Translations under genes and position numbers: made by a program | Notes under the pieces: generated by a model | Told to the model about the DNA's origin: nothing | Seen by the model: the letters and a program-made list of their open reading frames with translations, nothing else | Database searches by the model: none | Shown: positions 1 through 12,338 of the stretch, piece by piece | Position numbering within the stretch: position 1 is the stretch's first letter | Layout of the letters: each line of letters opens with the position of its first letter | Origin: Lepidodermella squamata | Taxonomy: Eukaryota > Animalia > Gastrotricha | Assembly (NCBI GenBank): GCA_047495785.1 | Contig: JBLDXI010000002.1 | Coordinates: 186,001-250,000 of the forward strand | Direction of reading: 5' to 3' | DNA: 64,000 nt

Positions 1-3000
1 TAGATCTTTCGCCTCAATCATAGCCTCCCTTTTCAGTAATTTTGCCGCAATTTCGGTGTTATTCTCCCGGAAAGCTGCGACATGGAGTAGAGACCGTCCG
101 GCTGTGTCGGCGCTTAGCAGAAGGGTTTCACCGCCGAATTCAACCAAAAACTCGACAAATTTCCACTGGTTCGAAATTACAGCAATGTGAACCGGCTTTC
201 CAGTATCCTTTTCGCTGTACTTCACCGGGTAGAAGCACGGCTGGTCAATCTCCTCGATTTGGCCATCCTTACCAGACGCTTGGAACAAAGCTCGAGCGAA
301 ATTGACAGAGCCGAAATTCGCCGCGACACAAATTGGCGCATTGTTGTAGTTATCGACGTAGGTTTCGTTGGTCATTAGCTGCGACAAAGGTCCCTCGAAA
401 ACATCCGCCTTATCCATCTCCGCCGCGATATGCAACGCAGTTTTGCCATGAGGTTCGCAGCACTTTGCCGTAAGCTTCGCGCCGTGTCTGATCAGGAACT
501 CTGCGAAATCTCGTTGGTTATGAGCGACAGCTTCATGAATCGGCTGCATGCCGTTTTTGTCGACGTGGTTGATATCGGCAAGGTGTTCAAGCAACTTATC
601 AGCCGCGGCGAACTTGTGCCAACGTGGCGTGTCGACCAAAGGCTCAGGTTGTCGTCGCGAGGCGTAGAAAATCGGCGTTTGGCCTTCGTCCTGCTCAGCC
701 TCTACCATCTCAACATCACCTTTCCCACTTAAATCAAGATGCCGTAGTAGGAAATCGAGAAACTGGAAGCTGTTCCCCCAAAGCGCCATATGAATCGGCA
801 GTTCGCCCTTATCATTCGCCATGGTAAGATTAGCCCCGTGTTCGATTAGGAACTGGCCAACTTGGGCGGAATCGTATAACGCTGCGACGTGAAGCGGGGT
901 CCAGCCACTTGAATTCTGAACATCAGCCAAGTCGTGAAAGTGGTCCGTTAACATTTCCCGGAACCTTGACAGCTCGTCCTTAGCCGCAAGTTCGAATAAC
1001 TGCTCTAAATACGTTGCCGTAGACTCTTCCTCGCCTTCCAACACCATTTTAAACGCGTGGTAGTTCCTCCGCATCACAGCCTCGTGTAACGGAGATTTCG
1101 AACCAGGTTGTAAGGCTTCGACTATAGCTTCGATAGGTTCAGTATCGTTGTGGCCGAGAGATATGGCGCTTAGGAGTTTCCGTGTCATCTCGAGACTTCC
1201 GACTTCAACAGCCATTTGAAGCGGCTTTTTGCCATGCTTATCCGCGGTGATCAGGACTTCTAACGCATTTGGTTTCTCGAGGAACAGCCCCAACACCTCG
1301 GAGTTATTCGCCTTTACGACTAAATGAATCGCCGAGTCGCCGACGTCGTTAACAGGCTCGATTTTCGCGTTGTGTTGAAGTAGGAATTTAACGAATTCCG
1401 TGCTCTTATTGTTCAAAATTGCGACCTGAAGCGGGGTCATACTTCCAGGGTTAATACAGCCTGGGCATGGCGTTGATTTCGAGTTGATGCTGTGCTTCAT
1501 CCGTTTCAGCGTGTCCAGCTCCGTGAGATAGGCCAGCATTTTGCTGTCCGCAGCGATGTGGAACGCGTTGAAGCCGGTTGAATCTTCAGCTGATATATTG
1601 GCACCGCGATATTGGAGGAATTTAGCGTAGAGAACTGCGCCAGCCCCAACTGCGGCTAGGAATGGAGTTCGGCCATCTCGGTCTCGACCTTCGATTTCGG
1701 CGCCGTTGTCGAGGAGGGTTGAGCCAACCGTATCGCCTGGTGCTGCGTCATTCATTGCGCCCATAAATAGGGAAACCACTTGGCCTTCGACAAGTTCAGG
1801 AATAGCAGGCTATAAAAATCGAAAAAAGATTGAAATTATGTCATTTTTAAGGCAGAAATGAACTAATGTCCAAAATGAGGGCAATTCATGAAAAATTCAA
1901 AATTCGAAAAATTCCCATGCATTATTAAGTTTTGGGATAAATTTATATTTGAAAATTTTGAAAATTCCCAGGTACAACATTATCCTCGTATATTAAGCTA
2001 TAATTAAGTTAAATTTTAGAGACATCATTGTCCTTTGATTTGCCATAATTCAGGACATGGAATCCAAATAAAACATGATATTTAAAAAAAACATGCAAAT
2101 AAAAAATAAAATGCGACAAGGGATATTTCAACCAATTTTTGAAATATAATTTTTGAAATTTCTAAGAAATTCTTGAACAAAATTAAAACTTCAAAAATGA
2201 TGAATAAATAATGAATAATGAATGAACGATGATTCATACTAATTAATTAGTTAATATTAAAAATTTACTCACCAATATTGAGCCACCTTCCATGAAAACT
2301 TGATCCTTCAAAACCGGGTATTCGGACACAGTTTGTCCTCTATTGAAAATCAGTTGTTGCCGATAGGCCGCAACGTGAAGGGCATTAGCACGATGCGAAT
2401 CAAGAGTTTTAACCAGTTTCTTCCTGCCATGTGTCAGCAAAAAATGCACCATTTCAGCCTGGTTGTAAAGCGTGGCGACGTGAAGCGGATTTCCAACTCG
2501 CTGCGGCGTTCCAAACGGGCATTCGGTTTCGTCGAAAATTGACTCTTTAACAGGGAAATCGTTCAACTCTCGGATGAGATCGGCAATGTGAACGTTTCCG
2601 ATTTGTGCAGCGATGCATAACGAAGATCGGCCGCTTGCGTCGAGAGCGCTGATCATTCGGTGTTTAAAATCGGCGAATTTTATGTGATCAAGTAGTAATC
2701 TAACAATATCAGATTGATGGCGCCATGTTGCAATGTGAATAGCCTGTAAAATGTTGAAAAAAATCAAATATTATCATAAAAAAATCTAAGAATTTCATTT
2801 CAACTCTTCAATTCTTAAAAATTTGAAATTTGAAAAATTCTCAAAAAATATTTCCAAAATTTCAAAATCCAAAATTCCAATATTTCCAAATTTGAAATTT
2901 TGAAATTTAAATCCTCCTTAAAAAAAATTGAAATATGAAATTCAAAATCTTGAAATTTTCGAATTGAAACAATTAAATTTTCAAATTTCAATATAAATCT

Positions 3001-3448
3001 GTTTAATTAGCCATTTCAAAGATCCAGTAATTACCTGTTCATTTGTGCCTGGTAAAGAGGCCGAAATGTTGACCCCGCTGTGCAACAGGTGGTCCATGAC
3101 CCGGGTCGCGCCATGGGCGGCCGCTAGCAACAGCGGTGACCAGCCACTTGCGTTTTTAACGTTAACATCGCCATTAAAATGATCACGCAACAAATCTGTC
3201 GCAATGCCAACTAAATCATCCTTAATAGCTTCGTCGAGGCTTTCGAACGGCGTCAGTTCTGGCGGTAATGACGGGTCAATTATAGGCCCGGCGCCTGATG
3301 ATGAGGCGATGACTGAAAGTAACGCGGGCGAAATAGGCCGGGTAAGTTGGTCATCGAGAGGTACAGGTAAATCATCGTCCTCTTCAACGCATATTACGTA
3401 AGGTAAGAAAAACAGCGCGATTAACGCCGCAATAATTTTTAAAATCAT
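1..3448 (-). CDS. Large ankyrin-repeat protein with N-terminal signal peptide; exons 3448-3035, 2743-2273, 1809-<1 (runs off window)
   Basis: Phase-0 GT-AG junctions join the frames (CAG|GTAATT at 3035/3034, TTTTACAG|GCT at 2743, TTG|GTGAGT at 2273, TTTTATAG|CCT at 1809). Many ANK motifs: GWSPLLLAA, NPLHVA, DRDGRTPFLAAV, GWTPLHVAA, GELPIHMA. N-terminus is MILKIIAALIALFFLPYVIC. Confidence 0.88.
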
Positions 3449-5324
3449 TCTAAATTGAATAAAAAATTAAAAAAAATATGAAAAAACGAAAATTGAGCAA
3501 AATTAAATTACATTTTTCTAATTTAAATAATAATAATTGCCATTTATTCCAGAATTATTTGAAATATGTTGACTAAAATTAGTAAAAATTGTGGAGGGTC
3601 AAATTCCGACTTTAAATTTCCAATTAATTTCAAAGTGGAGTTTGTTGACCTCTGAAAAATGAGTTGTTGTTTATTCAAGAAAAATCCAGTAAATTACCGC
3701 TATTCGCTCACTCGCTCTGTCAGCATCATTAGTTGACAGTTTATCGCTATTTCAGTCGTCATAATAATTAAGCTACCCCTGCGCGAACAAAAACGCATTC
3801 AGAAGTTAATGAAAAAGGTAAACATACAAAACAGGTTAGCGACCTAATAAAGCTTAGGCCATGAGGCGGCGGTTTTTGCTTTATAGCCAGAATGGTATTA
3901 GGTACAAAAATAAATACGCCACAGGGACTCATCGTCTGAATACACCATAAAGGAACATACATCAGAACAATTGCTAAAGGCATAAATTTAGGTAATACGC
4001 AGCAATGTCACGCTAAAAGATGCTGCAACTTAACTACCGGCCAAAAATTCAACACATATAATCTCAACAATAATTAAGCAAAAATTGTTCAGGTGGTTAG
4101 AAAACGCTCGTATTATTATTATTATTATTACTGCTATATGTATATTTGATTTCGCGGCATGTAAACAATATGCGCATTTAACAGCCGAGAAATTTTCAAG
4201 AAGAAAATAAAAATTTAGCATCAACTCTTTTGTTAAATACATCCGCAAGAAATATTTTATTTACCCGTGGTTTATTTGTTATAATATTATAAATACATGA
4301 TACCTAACTGTTACATATATTTATTTTTGCATATTATAAGTATTTATTCGCGGCAGTGGTAATAATAATTAAAAATTATATAGCGCCAAAATTTTCAACT
4401 TGACTCGGTGGTTTAGTTATTGCAAAAAGTTACTATACAGGCAGGCATCAAGTGGGCATCGCGCGTGCGCACGCTCTTGAATAGCCGCCGCATCCACGAA
4501 CCACGCGCGCGCGCAGTTTTTATGATGCGCGCGCGCGCTCACTCACTCACTCACTCGCGATAATTTTTAATTGCGCGCGCGCGGTCTCTCGCAACTTTTT
4601 TTCCTGGTTCAGAGATTAATAACACTCAACTGATTATTTTTGTTGTTAAAAAAGTCCTTTATTAGTATCGCTTTAAAATGCATATAATATATGTTGTAAT
4701 AACGGCTCGTGTTAACCGCAGCTTATTTGTTATTAAGCGCGAAAAAATGTGAATAATGAAGTACTTACATAATAAGATAAAAATTTGTCAATTTTTCATC
4801 GTCCACACAGCAGGTGTTTACCAAGCGCTCATTTTGTCAGACCAATTTGCATCGCAATTTCTGTTATCTCAGGTGCGATCTAACCGGTTCAAAAAATTGT
4901 TGTTTTTTCGAAAAAAATTCATAGAAAAAAATGGTGTGGCAATTAAAAATTTAGAAAATTGTAACGCGTCAAAACACTCGAGGTTTTTTCGATGGTCTGT
5001 TTTTGAAGCAGATCATAAATCTTCGCTGCGGTGTTTATTACAAGCCACACAGACAATGCGTCGTTATGACCGAAAACTTGTTGCCACCATTATTCTATAA
5101 TAGCTTTGCAAACAACGCAACAGTTGTGTGCATTAAAACGCTGATAAGATCATGAGCAAACATAGTTGGCTGCCGACTTGGCCGAATTTACGCTGGATAT
5201 TCGTGGACACAATATTCACAAAGTCAAATTAAAGAATATTCGGAAGTACAGATGAGTCCACCTTTGGAAAAGTTCAATTTCGAACTTCATTAATTTTTAA
5301 ATATACTCATAACGGCAGGCCGGA

Positions 5325-5475
5325 ATAACAGCAAACACCCAAAACAGCAAACGTGACAAAACAGCAGAAACACTGTGCATCTTTTACATATATTAATTTT
5401 TCGCTGTTTTGTCGCAAAATACTGAATTTGCTGTTTTGTCGCATTCGATGTTCTGCGAAGTTGCTGTTTTGTCGC
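5325..5475. repeat. Dispersed palindromic repeat (AAAACAGC units facing GCTGTTTT units); second copy in the P4H intron at ~25370-25490
   Basis: ttgctgttttgtcgcattcg(a/c)tgttctgcgaagttgctgttttgt occurs at both sites. Confidence 0.7.
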
Positions 5476-5864
5476 CAAACCCTCACGGCAACGCCTTAAA
5501 TTCTGCAAAATGTGTAGGAAATTTACTTTTTGGATGAAATTAAAAATTCGTAGTTTTTCGATTTTTTCAAGCTATTTCGAAGTCAGAACTTAATTTTCAA
5601 TCTATGAAGTTCAAAAATTTTGACGATATTTGGTTTTCGATTAAGGTAAGATGGAGCTACTTTGAGCCTTCAGCAATCGCGATTCCACCTTAATAATCGC
5701 GTGGTTCTCTTGTGAGGAAAAATTCCGTTCCGCTCAAAATCAGCGACACCTCAGAGTGTCCCATAAGTTGCGCCGTAATTTTTCAATTTTGTAGCTTTTA
5801 TTTAGGAAATTCAAACATTCTTCCTTCAAGTAAACCTAACCAGGATAATCCCATCTTTTAATTA

Positions 5865-6291
5865 ACAGTGATTTTACCGAAGAAATCATAATTTTATCGA
5901 AAATAACTGGAAAACCCAGATGGCAATTTGTTTGGTAATTTTCGGATTTTTACCTGGCTGAACCAAAATTTTCGGGTTTTCTCATTGAGAAGTCACATAA
6001 TTACCATATTTGTTACAATAGCAGCCATAATAAGTAAACTATAATTTCAACCTCAAAGATCTGGAAAATTCGAAAATTAATTTCTGGTAAATCGTTCATT
6101 TTTTGTTTCGATCTCGGACTTATAGCTTATCAATCCTGGGCTACTATTAGGAATGGGCGATTGCTAGGTACTTGGCTATTGGAACAAATACGGTAAGTTC
6201 ACGGATATCCGAAGAAAATTAGGTAAGATACCGAAAAATACCGAACCAGTTACCATCGGGGTTTTCCGGGTTTTTTCGGTAAAATCGCTGT
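5865..6291. mobile_element. MITE-like element with degenerate terminal inverted repeats, containing a nested MITE
   Basis: Left end acagtgattttaccgaagaaa is the near reverse complement of right end ttttttcggtaaaatcgctgt. Confidence 0.65.
6004..6193. mobile_element. Tc1/mariner-pogo-type MITE (TA target); same family as 54261-54945
   Basis: TA|ccatatttgttacaatagc ... gctattggaacaaatacgg|TA; internal tgggctactattag..atgggcgatt shared with the 54 kb copy. Confidence 0.7.
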
Positions 6292-6703
6292 TTACAGATG
6301 ATAAAAGAAAGACTGAAAAATCATTACCATCCTCATTTCATGATCATTAATCACGCCACTCATTTTAAACTTCTGATGCCTTTTTTCCTGTATCATGCGT
6401 TAATTATGGGACACGCTGTTTGAAGTCGAATAAAACTCCACCCCTTTTTAGAAGACGCAGTAATTATTCAGTGTCCTTAGTTTACCTGAGAGGCATCGCA
6501 AGTTGCAGTTATTCAAGCTGTTCGCATCATTTAAATGATAATGATCGAGACATTCACCGGTCGGCGACCTTCAAAGGTCATAAAATTCCTTAATTTCCCA
6601 TTCTAACGATCATGATTCTAGGAAACATTCCAGACTAATAAAAACTGATAATGATATATAAAAATCCACGAAAATACCGTAATTTTTTTATTTTACTGAA
6701 AAA

Positions 6704-7765
6704 ATGTCCCAATTTATTCTAGCAATTTTTTCGCTCATTTTCGTCACGGTCCACTGCGGCCCGCATAGGTGCCAACTGCCGCCTGATGTCGGAAACAGCA
6801 CACTCTGCGACAGCAAGATGACCACCCGCTGGACCTACGAAGAGCACCGCGGCGTTTGCATTCAATTCGCCTACACCGGCTGCGGCGGCAACACCAACAA
6901 TTTCGTAACAATTGACGATTGCCGGCGCGAGTGCGCGGGCGTAGGCACTCAAGCGTGGAATTCGGCTAACAAGGAAGGCCAGCAAGCTCGCTGCTTCGAG
7001 CCACAAGCCGCCGGCCCGTGCGAGTTCTTCATCGATCGCTACTACTTCGACGCGAACTCCCGAACTTGTGAAATATTCAAATATTCCGGCTGTGCTGGGA
7101 ATAGCAATAATTTTGTCACTCGAAGCCACTGCGAGAATATTTGCGAGTCACCGATCAACGCCGCGACTACGCCGATCACGCGAATGGACTATTGGAAGGA
7201 CGAACGGTGTGGTGGGCAGTATTTAGCCGTGGTTAAGGCGAAATTTCCGACGATGAAGTGCGCCGAGCAGGCGGCCGTGAAATTTCAGTACAACCGCGAG
7301 ACTCTGGCGTGCGAGCAGGTGCAATTCTACGGCTGCCCGCGTGTCAAGAATATGAACCTGTTCGAAACTGCGACCGAGTGCCGCCGCTTGTGCATGCCAC
7401 CAGGTAGTAATAGTAGATCTCATTTGCATAGATATGTATCGCGATTTAAGAGAAAATCTAAGAAAAATCATGGATTGTCTTCAATGAAAATCCAGGATTT
7501 TTCTCTGATTTGTTCAATTTTTTTCATATTTTTTTTAAATTCATAAAACAATATTTTTCGGCATGCTAAAATATTAGCCATGTGAAAAATAATTTTCCGA
7601 ATAAATTCTAATTATTGCGATTCTTTTCATTTATTTGAATTATTTACCACGTTTTGTAAAATTTATTTTATTTTATTTTTCTCAGTTTCGAAAAAACGAG
7701 AAGATGCCTGGCATCATGCGGCTCATCAAAAGATGAGGCTTTTGCTGCAGGATAAAGGCGAATAA
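6704..7765 (+). CDS. Secreted triple Kunitz/BPTI-domain protease inhibitor; exons 6704-7403, 7686-7765
   Basis: Signal peptide; three six-Cys Kunitz units (FAYTGCGGNTNNF, FKYSGCAGNSNNF, degenerate FYGCPRVKNMNLF); CCAG|GTAGT donor and TTTTCTCAG acceptor give a VSKKRE...DKGE* tail; AATAAA at ~7850. Confidence 0.9.
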
Positions 7766-8757
7766 TGCCGATACGAATTGCGTCTTCTAAATTTTTTTAG
7801 AAAGAAAGACATTAAACCGCCCTTCGCTTAATCCCTATTGTGAATAACGAATAAAATTGCAACGAATGACCTGAGTCGTTTTTTTTTTACCAAAATTAAA
7901 CCCTTTAATTATCGGTGATTGATTTGCTGAATCCTGAAATTGATTTGCGAATCAATTTCAGGATCAATAGGGCACGCTGGTCGCTAACTTTAACCGAACA
8001 TTTACCGGAATCTATAAAAAATTCAGGTCGATCCGGAAAATTCGATCAATTAATTAGGTCAAGGAGGAAGGAGGTTACTCTATTGTAACTTGCAATCATT
8101 TTCATAATTATATCATTTTCGATTTTCTTGATATATTGATTTTCTCTTTTTCAGCTTCGAAAAAACGCGGAGACAAAAGGTGGTTCGCACGTCGAATGAA
8201 GCAGTTGGTTCAACATAAGCAAGGGCAATCGGTTTGAGCTTATTTGAAGCTCCCCGCTCCATGTTGAAGACAACATAAATAAACGTAAATAATCTCTCAG
8301 CATTTCTTTTCACATTGACTATATCGAATAAAATCACCCAGAATATGAGCACTGAGGACACCCTTACTGAGCTTCTACGGAGCCCTGAAATTCAAGAGAC
8401 AGGTTAAAGTCGGCGGATACCTATATCAATGGCGTGTGCATTCTGTTCGAGGCTCGAGGCAGTCCACCGCCTCTATCCCCTGTTAGTGGAGGAATTTCCA
8501 AGGCTACCCATTGAAGATATAACACCCAGGGTGCGACACCTGACCCAGGGTGCAATAATGACAAGGCCTATCGCCTGATCCGCGGGCTGAATACATGGGA
8601 TAACATATCCCCCATCAGGGTAAACACGACAGATATCAAGGTAGCTTTATTTATTCATGATCGACCTTCGCCTCACGCATCTCACAAACAACAATTAAGA
8701 CTCGCTCATCAAATCGGTCGAATCGCGACGCCGTGTCCAGCCTCTCGAAGTCAGCGC

Positions 8758-9181
8758 TTAAAGAATCCTTTCGTACACATTGTAGTCCTCGTGCCCGGTT
8801 TTTTCACTGCATTCGTACCACACGATGCAGTATTTAATTGGTTTATCTCCTGGTTCAACGTCTTTTTCAACATCGAAGCCAAATGCTTTGCACTCCCTAT
8901 TCCCTAACTTCTTGTTCGTGCACCATGCGGCACATTTCTCTTCCGAATCTATTCCACGATCGTCATTGAAATACTTTCTAATATATCGGGAATAAGCTTT
9001 GGTCAGAGCGCACTGTTCCTTTGCAGGCATCAGTTTGTAGCCAGGGTAGCCATCTGCGGCTGAAATAAGATAAAAACGTGTGACTTGTTGGTAGATAGTT
9101 TTTGATGAAGTCGAGTTACTTACCTGCCATGGCAATGCAGGAAACAGCGATGAGGGCGACGAGAACGATCTTGGATGTCAT
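8758..9181 (-). CDS. Small secreted six-Cys PAN/apple-like protein (119 aa); exons 9181-9124, 9059-8758
   Basis: Signal exon MTSKIVLVALIAVSCIAMA, 64-nt GT-AG intron, core EEKCAAWC...CKAFG...C.VWYEC...YNVYE. Confidence 0.85.
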
Positions 9182-9812
9182 GTCAAAGCGAAAATTGGAG
9201 AAAGAGAAAATAATGTTTCAACAGAGAGAGAAAATTGAAATGATGAATTCCTAGCCTGCTTTCTGCGATCATTTATACCCTTTTCCACCTGTCACCCAGA
9301 AATTAAATTAATTGGGTCATTGCTACTCTGCTCAAGTGCATGATAACAATAGCATTAGTCATCGCCGAAAAATTGCCCTTGAGACAGCTGAAGCAACGGA
9401 GAGAAGAGCGGAGAAGATCATACGCTACCGTAGGCAATAACGTCATTTCGTGGTACTAAATTGATTGGGACATTTTTTAGTAAGCACTGGGCGTTTCGCC
9501 AACTTTCCAGCTGTCACGCAAAACATAAAAAACAATGAGTCACTGCTACTGCTCTGGCCCATGATAACAACAGCGGATTAACTTCACCGATCTACCCTCC
9601 GTTGCTTCAGCTGTGTTAAGTGTAAATTATCGGTTGACACTAATGCTTTTGTTATCTTGGACCTGAGCAGTAGCAATGACCCAATTAATTTAATTTCTGG
9701 GTGACAGGTGGAAAAGGGTTTAAAAGATCGTAGAGCAGGCTCGGAATTTAACATTTCAATTTTCTCTCTCTGTTGAAACATCATTTTATCTTTCGTCAAT
9801 TTTCTTCTTGAA

Positions 9813-10203
9813 ATGGCTTCTCAGATCGTTCTCGTCGCCCTCATCGCTGTTTCCTGCATTGCCATGGCAGGTAAGTAACTCGACTTCATCAAAAGCTATT
9901 CACTAACAAGTCATACATTTATATTGTATTTCAGCCGCAGATGGCTACCCTGGCTACAAACTGATGCCTTCGACTGGACATTGCTCGGAGGCACCGATTG
10001 GTTTTCTGATGAATGGCCTCCATGGAGTGACAACGGAAGAGAAATGTGCCGCCTGGTGCACAAACAACAAGCGCAAAAATAAGGATTGCAAAGCATTTGG
10101 CTGGGAAGTGACTGCTGAAGGTACTACAACCTGCTATTTGTGGTACGAGTGCAATGACAAAACTATGCTGGAATTAGCCTACAATGCGTATGAAAAGATT
10201 TAA
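9813..10203 (+). CDS. Small secreted six-Cys PAN/apple-like protein (108 aa), inverted paralogue; exons 9813-9870, 9935-10203
   Basis: Signal exon MASQIVLVALIAVSCIAMA, 64-nt intron at the same position, same Cys scaffold. Confidence 0.85.
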
Positions 10204-11814
10204 GCGCTGACTGCGGGAGGCTGGACCCGGCGTCGCGGTTCGACCGATTTGATGAGCGAGTCTTGTAGTTTGTGAGATGCTTGTGGTGAAGGTCGATAAT
10301 GAATAAATAAAGTTAACTTGATATATTATCTGTTTCGGCTAAACCCGCGCTGGTTTGAGTTTCGCTGTTGTGCTTTGTGCTGCACAGGGTGGTTGTGCAG
10401 TATTATTGGTAAGAATAAAAATCTCCCATTCATAAAACTGATGCTGTAGTACTATCTTAGTTTTCCAAGCTGCTATTTACAACCTATAAAGATGGTACTG
10501 TCGTGACTACCCGGTAACTCGCACCTTCACAAGTCACAAGAAACATAGATTTAATCACTCTTCATGCACATCATCATTTCGAGCGAGGAGCGCTAAGCAG
10601 TTAGTATCAGGTAAACTTGAGAGAAAAATTAATAAAAAATGAAGCACAAACCCGTCATCATATGTCATAGCGGCCTGGCAGCTTTGAAATAAATAAAAGA
10701 TAAATTAATAACGTTTCGGCTGATCCCGCACTGGTGTGAGTTCGCTGTTGTACTTCGCAGTTTCGATGATTCAAAATATATACAGCGTTACTTATGATAT
10801 GTAAGGCGGTTTATTATAAACATGTGGGCCGATTAGCTCTATTGTCGAGAACATTTACTTTGCTCAATCTGCTGCTAACAAGCCCTGAACAGAAAAACAA
10901 TGGTCGGATCCATGTTGATTCAGATACGAGAAAGACTCCCCTAATTATCTCCAAACCAAAAAAGCTTCTGACTTGGCTGCTCATACTTTCGTCGCCAAGC
11001 GCTGAAACAAAGATGTTATTTTGTTTCCTTTCCAACTTGTTCAAGAATACGAAAAGCGATTGCCGATCGAATATCGAATCAAGCCTTTGTGAAAGATCTA
11101 ATCGAAATGTTTAACAAAGGCACAATGCCAGAAGCTTACCGCATGTAACGCTAAACCTTGTCATTAAGACCTTCCAACTTTAAGGCCTTGTTTCAATCAG
11201 ATAGCGAAGCAACTCTAGGGATAATGTTAGGTATTAGGGATGATCCCTACCAGTTGAATTAGTCCGTACGATCAAATCAATAATCAATGAACTAATCGGG
11301 ACCTTGATGTCGATTTTCCTTATCCTTACCAGTTCTGATGTCCTACTTCGCTCTCTGCTTTCGTTGATCCTCGTGAATGATTTAAAAATCTAACTTCACC
11401 CGGCGATTTTCTTGATCTTTCAGGAGACCAAAAGATTCATCAGTCCATTGAATATCGCAGGATAGTTGCCCCTCATTAGTATAGCTGAATTTTCCTTCAC
11501 AGAGAGTATAGAATGACTATTAATTCAGCTTTCTGGTCAATTGCTGGTCATTTCTCCAGTACATTCATTATTTCACAAAGCAAAGATACGACCTATGTGT
11601 TATAGGATATAGTGAGTGGTGCAAAGAAAGTGGGGCATTCATCATTGGGCCGTAACGCTGTTGTTATCACGCGGATCCAGGCGGTAGTAAAGAAACCAAT
11701 TATTTGATGCCTGGGTGACTCTGCTGAAAGTTTGGCGAAACTACGGCTCGCTACTGCTCGGATCCATAAAAACTGAAAACAACATGAAAACAACAGTGGG
11801 TAAACATCTAGACT

Positions 11815-11912
11815 CTTCTCTCAGTTGCTTCAGCTGTCTCAGGGCAATTTATCGGTGAGCACTAATGCTAGTGTTATTATGGACCTGAGCAGCAGTAATA
11901 ATGCCCCAATTA
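11815..11912 (+). promoter_or_regulatory. Third copy of the PAN-gene upstream element, ~430 nt upstream of the methyltransferase
   Basis: gttgcttcagctgt...ttatcggt..cactaatgct..tgtta..tggacctgagcag matches 9600-9690 and the reverse complement of 9310-9400. Confidence 0.55.
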
Positions 11913-12338
11913 TTTTAGATTATTCATTTTATCTTGATGAATAAAATGAAAAAATGAATAATTAGATTGAGACAAACGGGTTTCAATCGTGATCAGGGCC
12001 TTCGAAAGCTCATAGACGAAGTAAGAGACGACTCATTTCTTCTCATCATTTTCCCAAATTTAGGAAAATCGGTTTAACTTCTGGCTGCCATGTCATTTGT
12101 CAGTGGTTTCGTTCTAGTCAAAAATCAGTTTAAGAGATTTTTCAGAGTTTTTGGCAACGCGTGATTTGCATGCATGTAATGGTACTATCATTCGTGTTTT
12201 TGTTATCAATAAATAATGCGCAGTGCGTAATCTTCAGCTCAAGCATAACGAAAGCTGGCAACTCGTATTCAGCGAACCAGTTGGGAGGCAAATACGAAAG
12301 CTCTCATATTATATACTTCATTTCGGTAAAGTTAAACT

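Larger units (their letters stand above)
8633..10325. repeat. Inverted duplication (arms ~8633-9410 and ~9590-10325) carrying the two PAN-like genes head to head
   Basis: Promoter, 5' region, intron and 3' UTR are near-identical in reverse complement. Confidence 0.9.

Noticed and set aside
42-827. Four short plus-strand ORFs
   Set aside because: They are antisense shadows of the long ankyrin exon, which the ORF track missed because it runs off the window edge
7404-7546. Basic/hydrophobic tail of the 280-aa Kunitz ORF as a membrane anchor
   Set aside because: It is read-through into an AT-rich intron; a downstream exon at 7686 gives a plausible end
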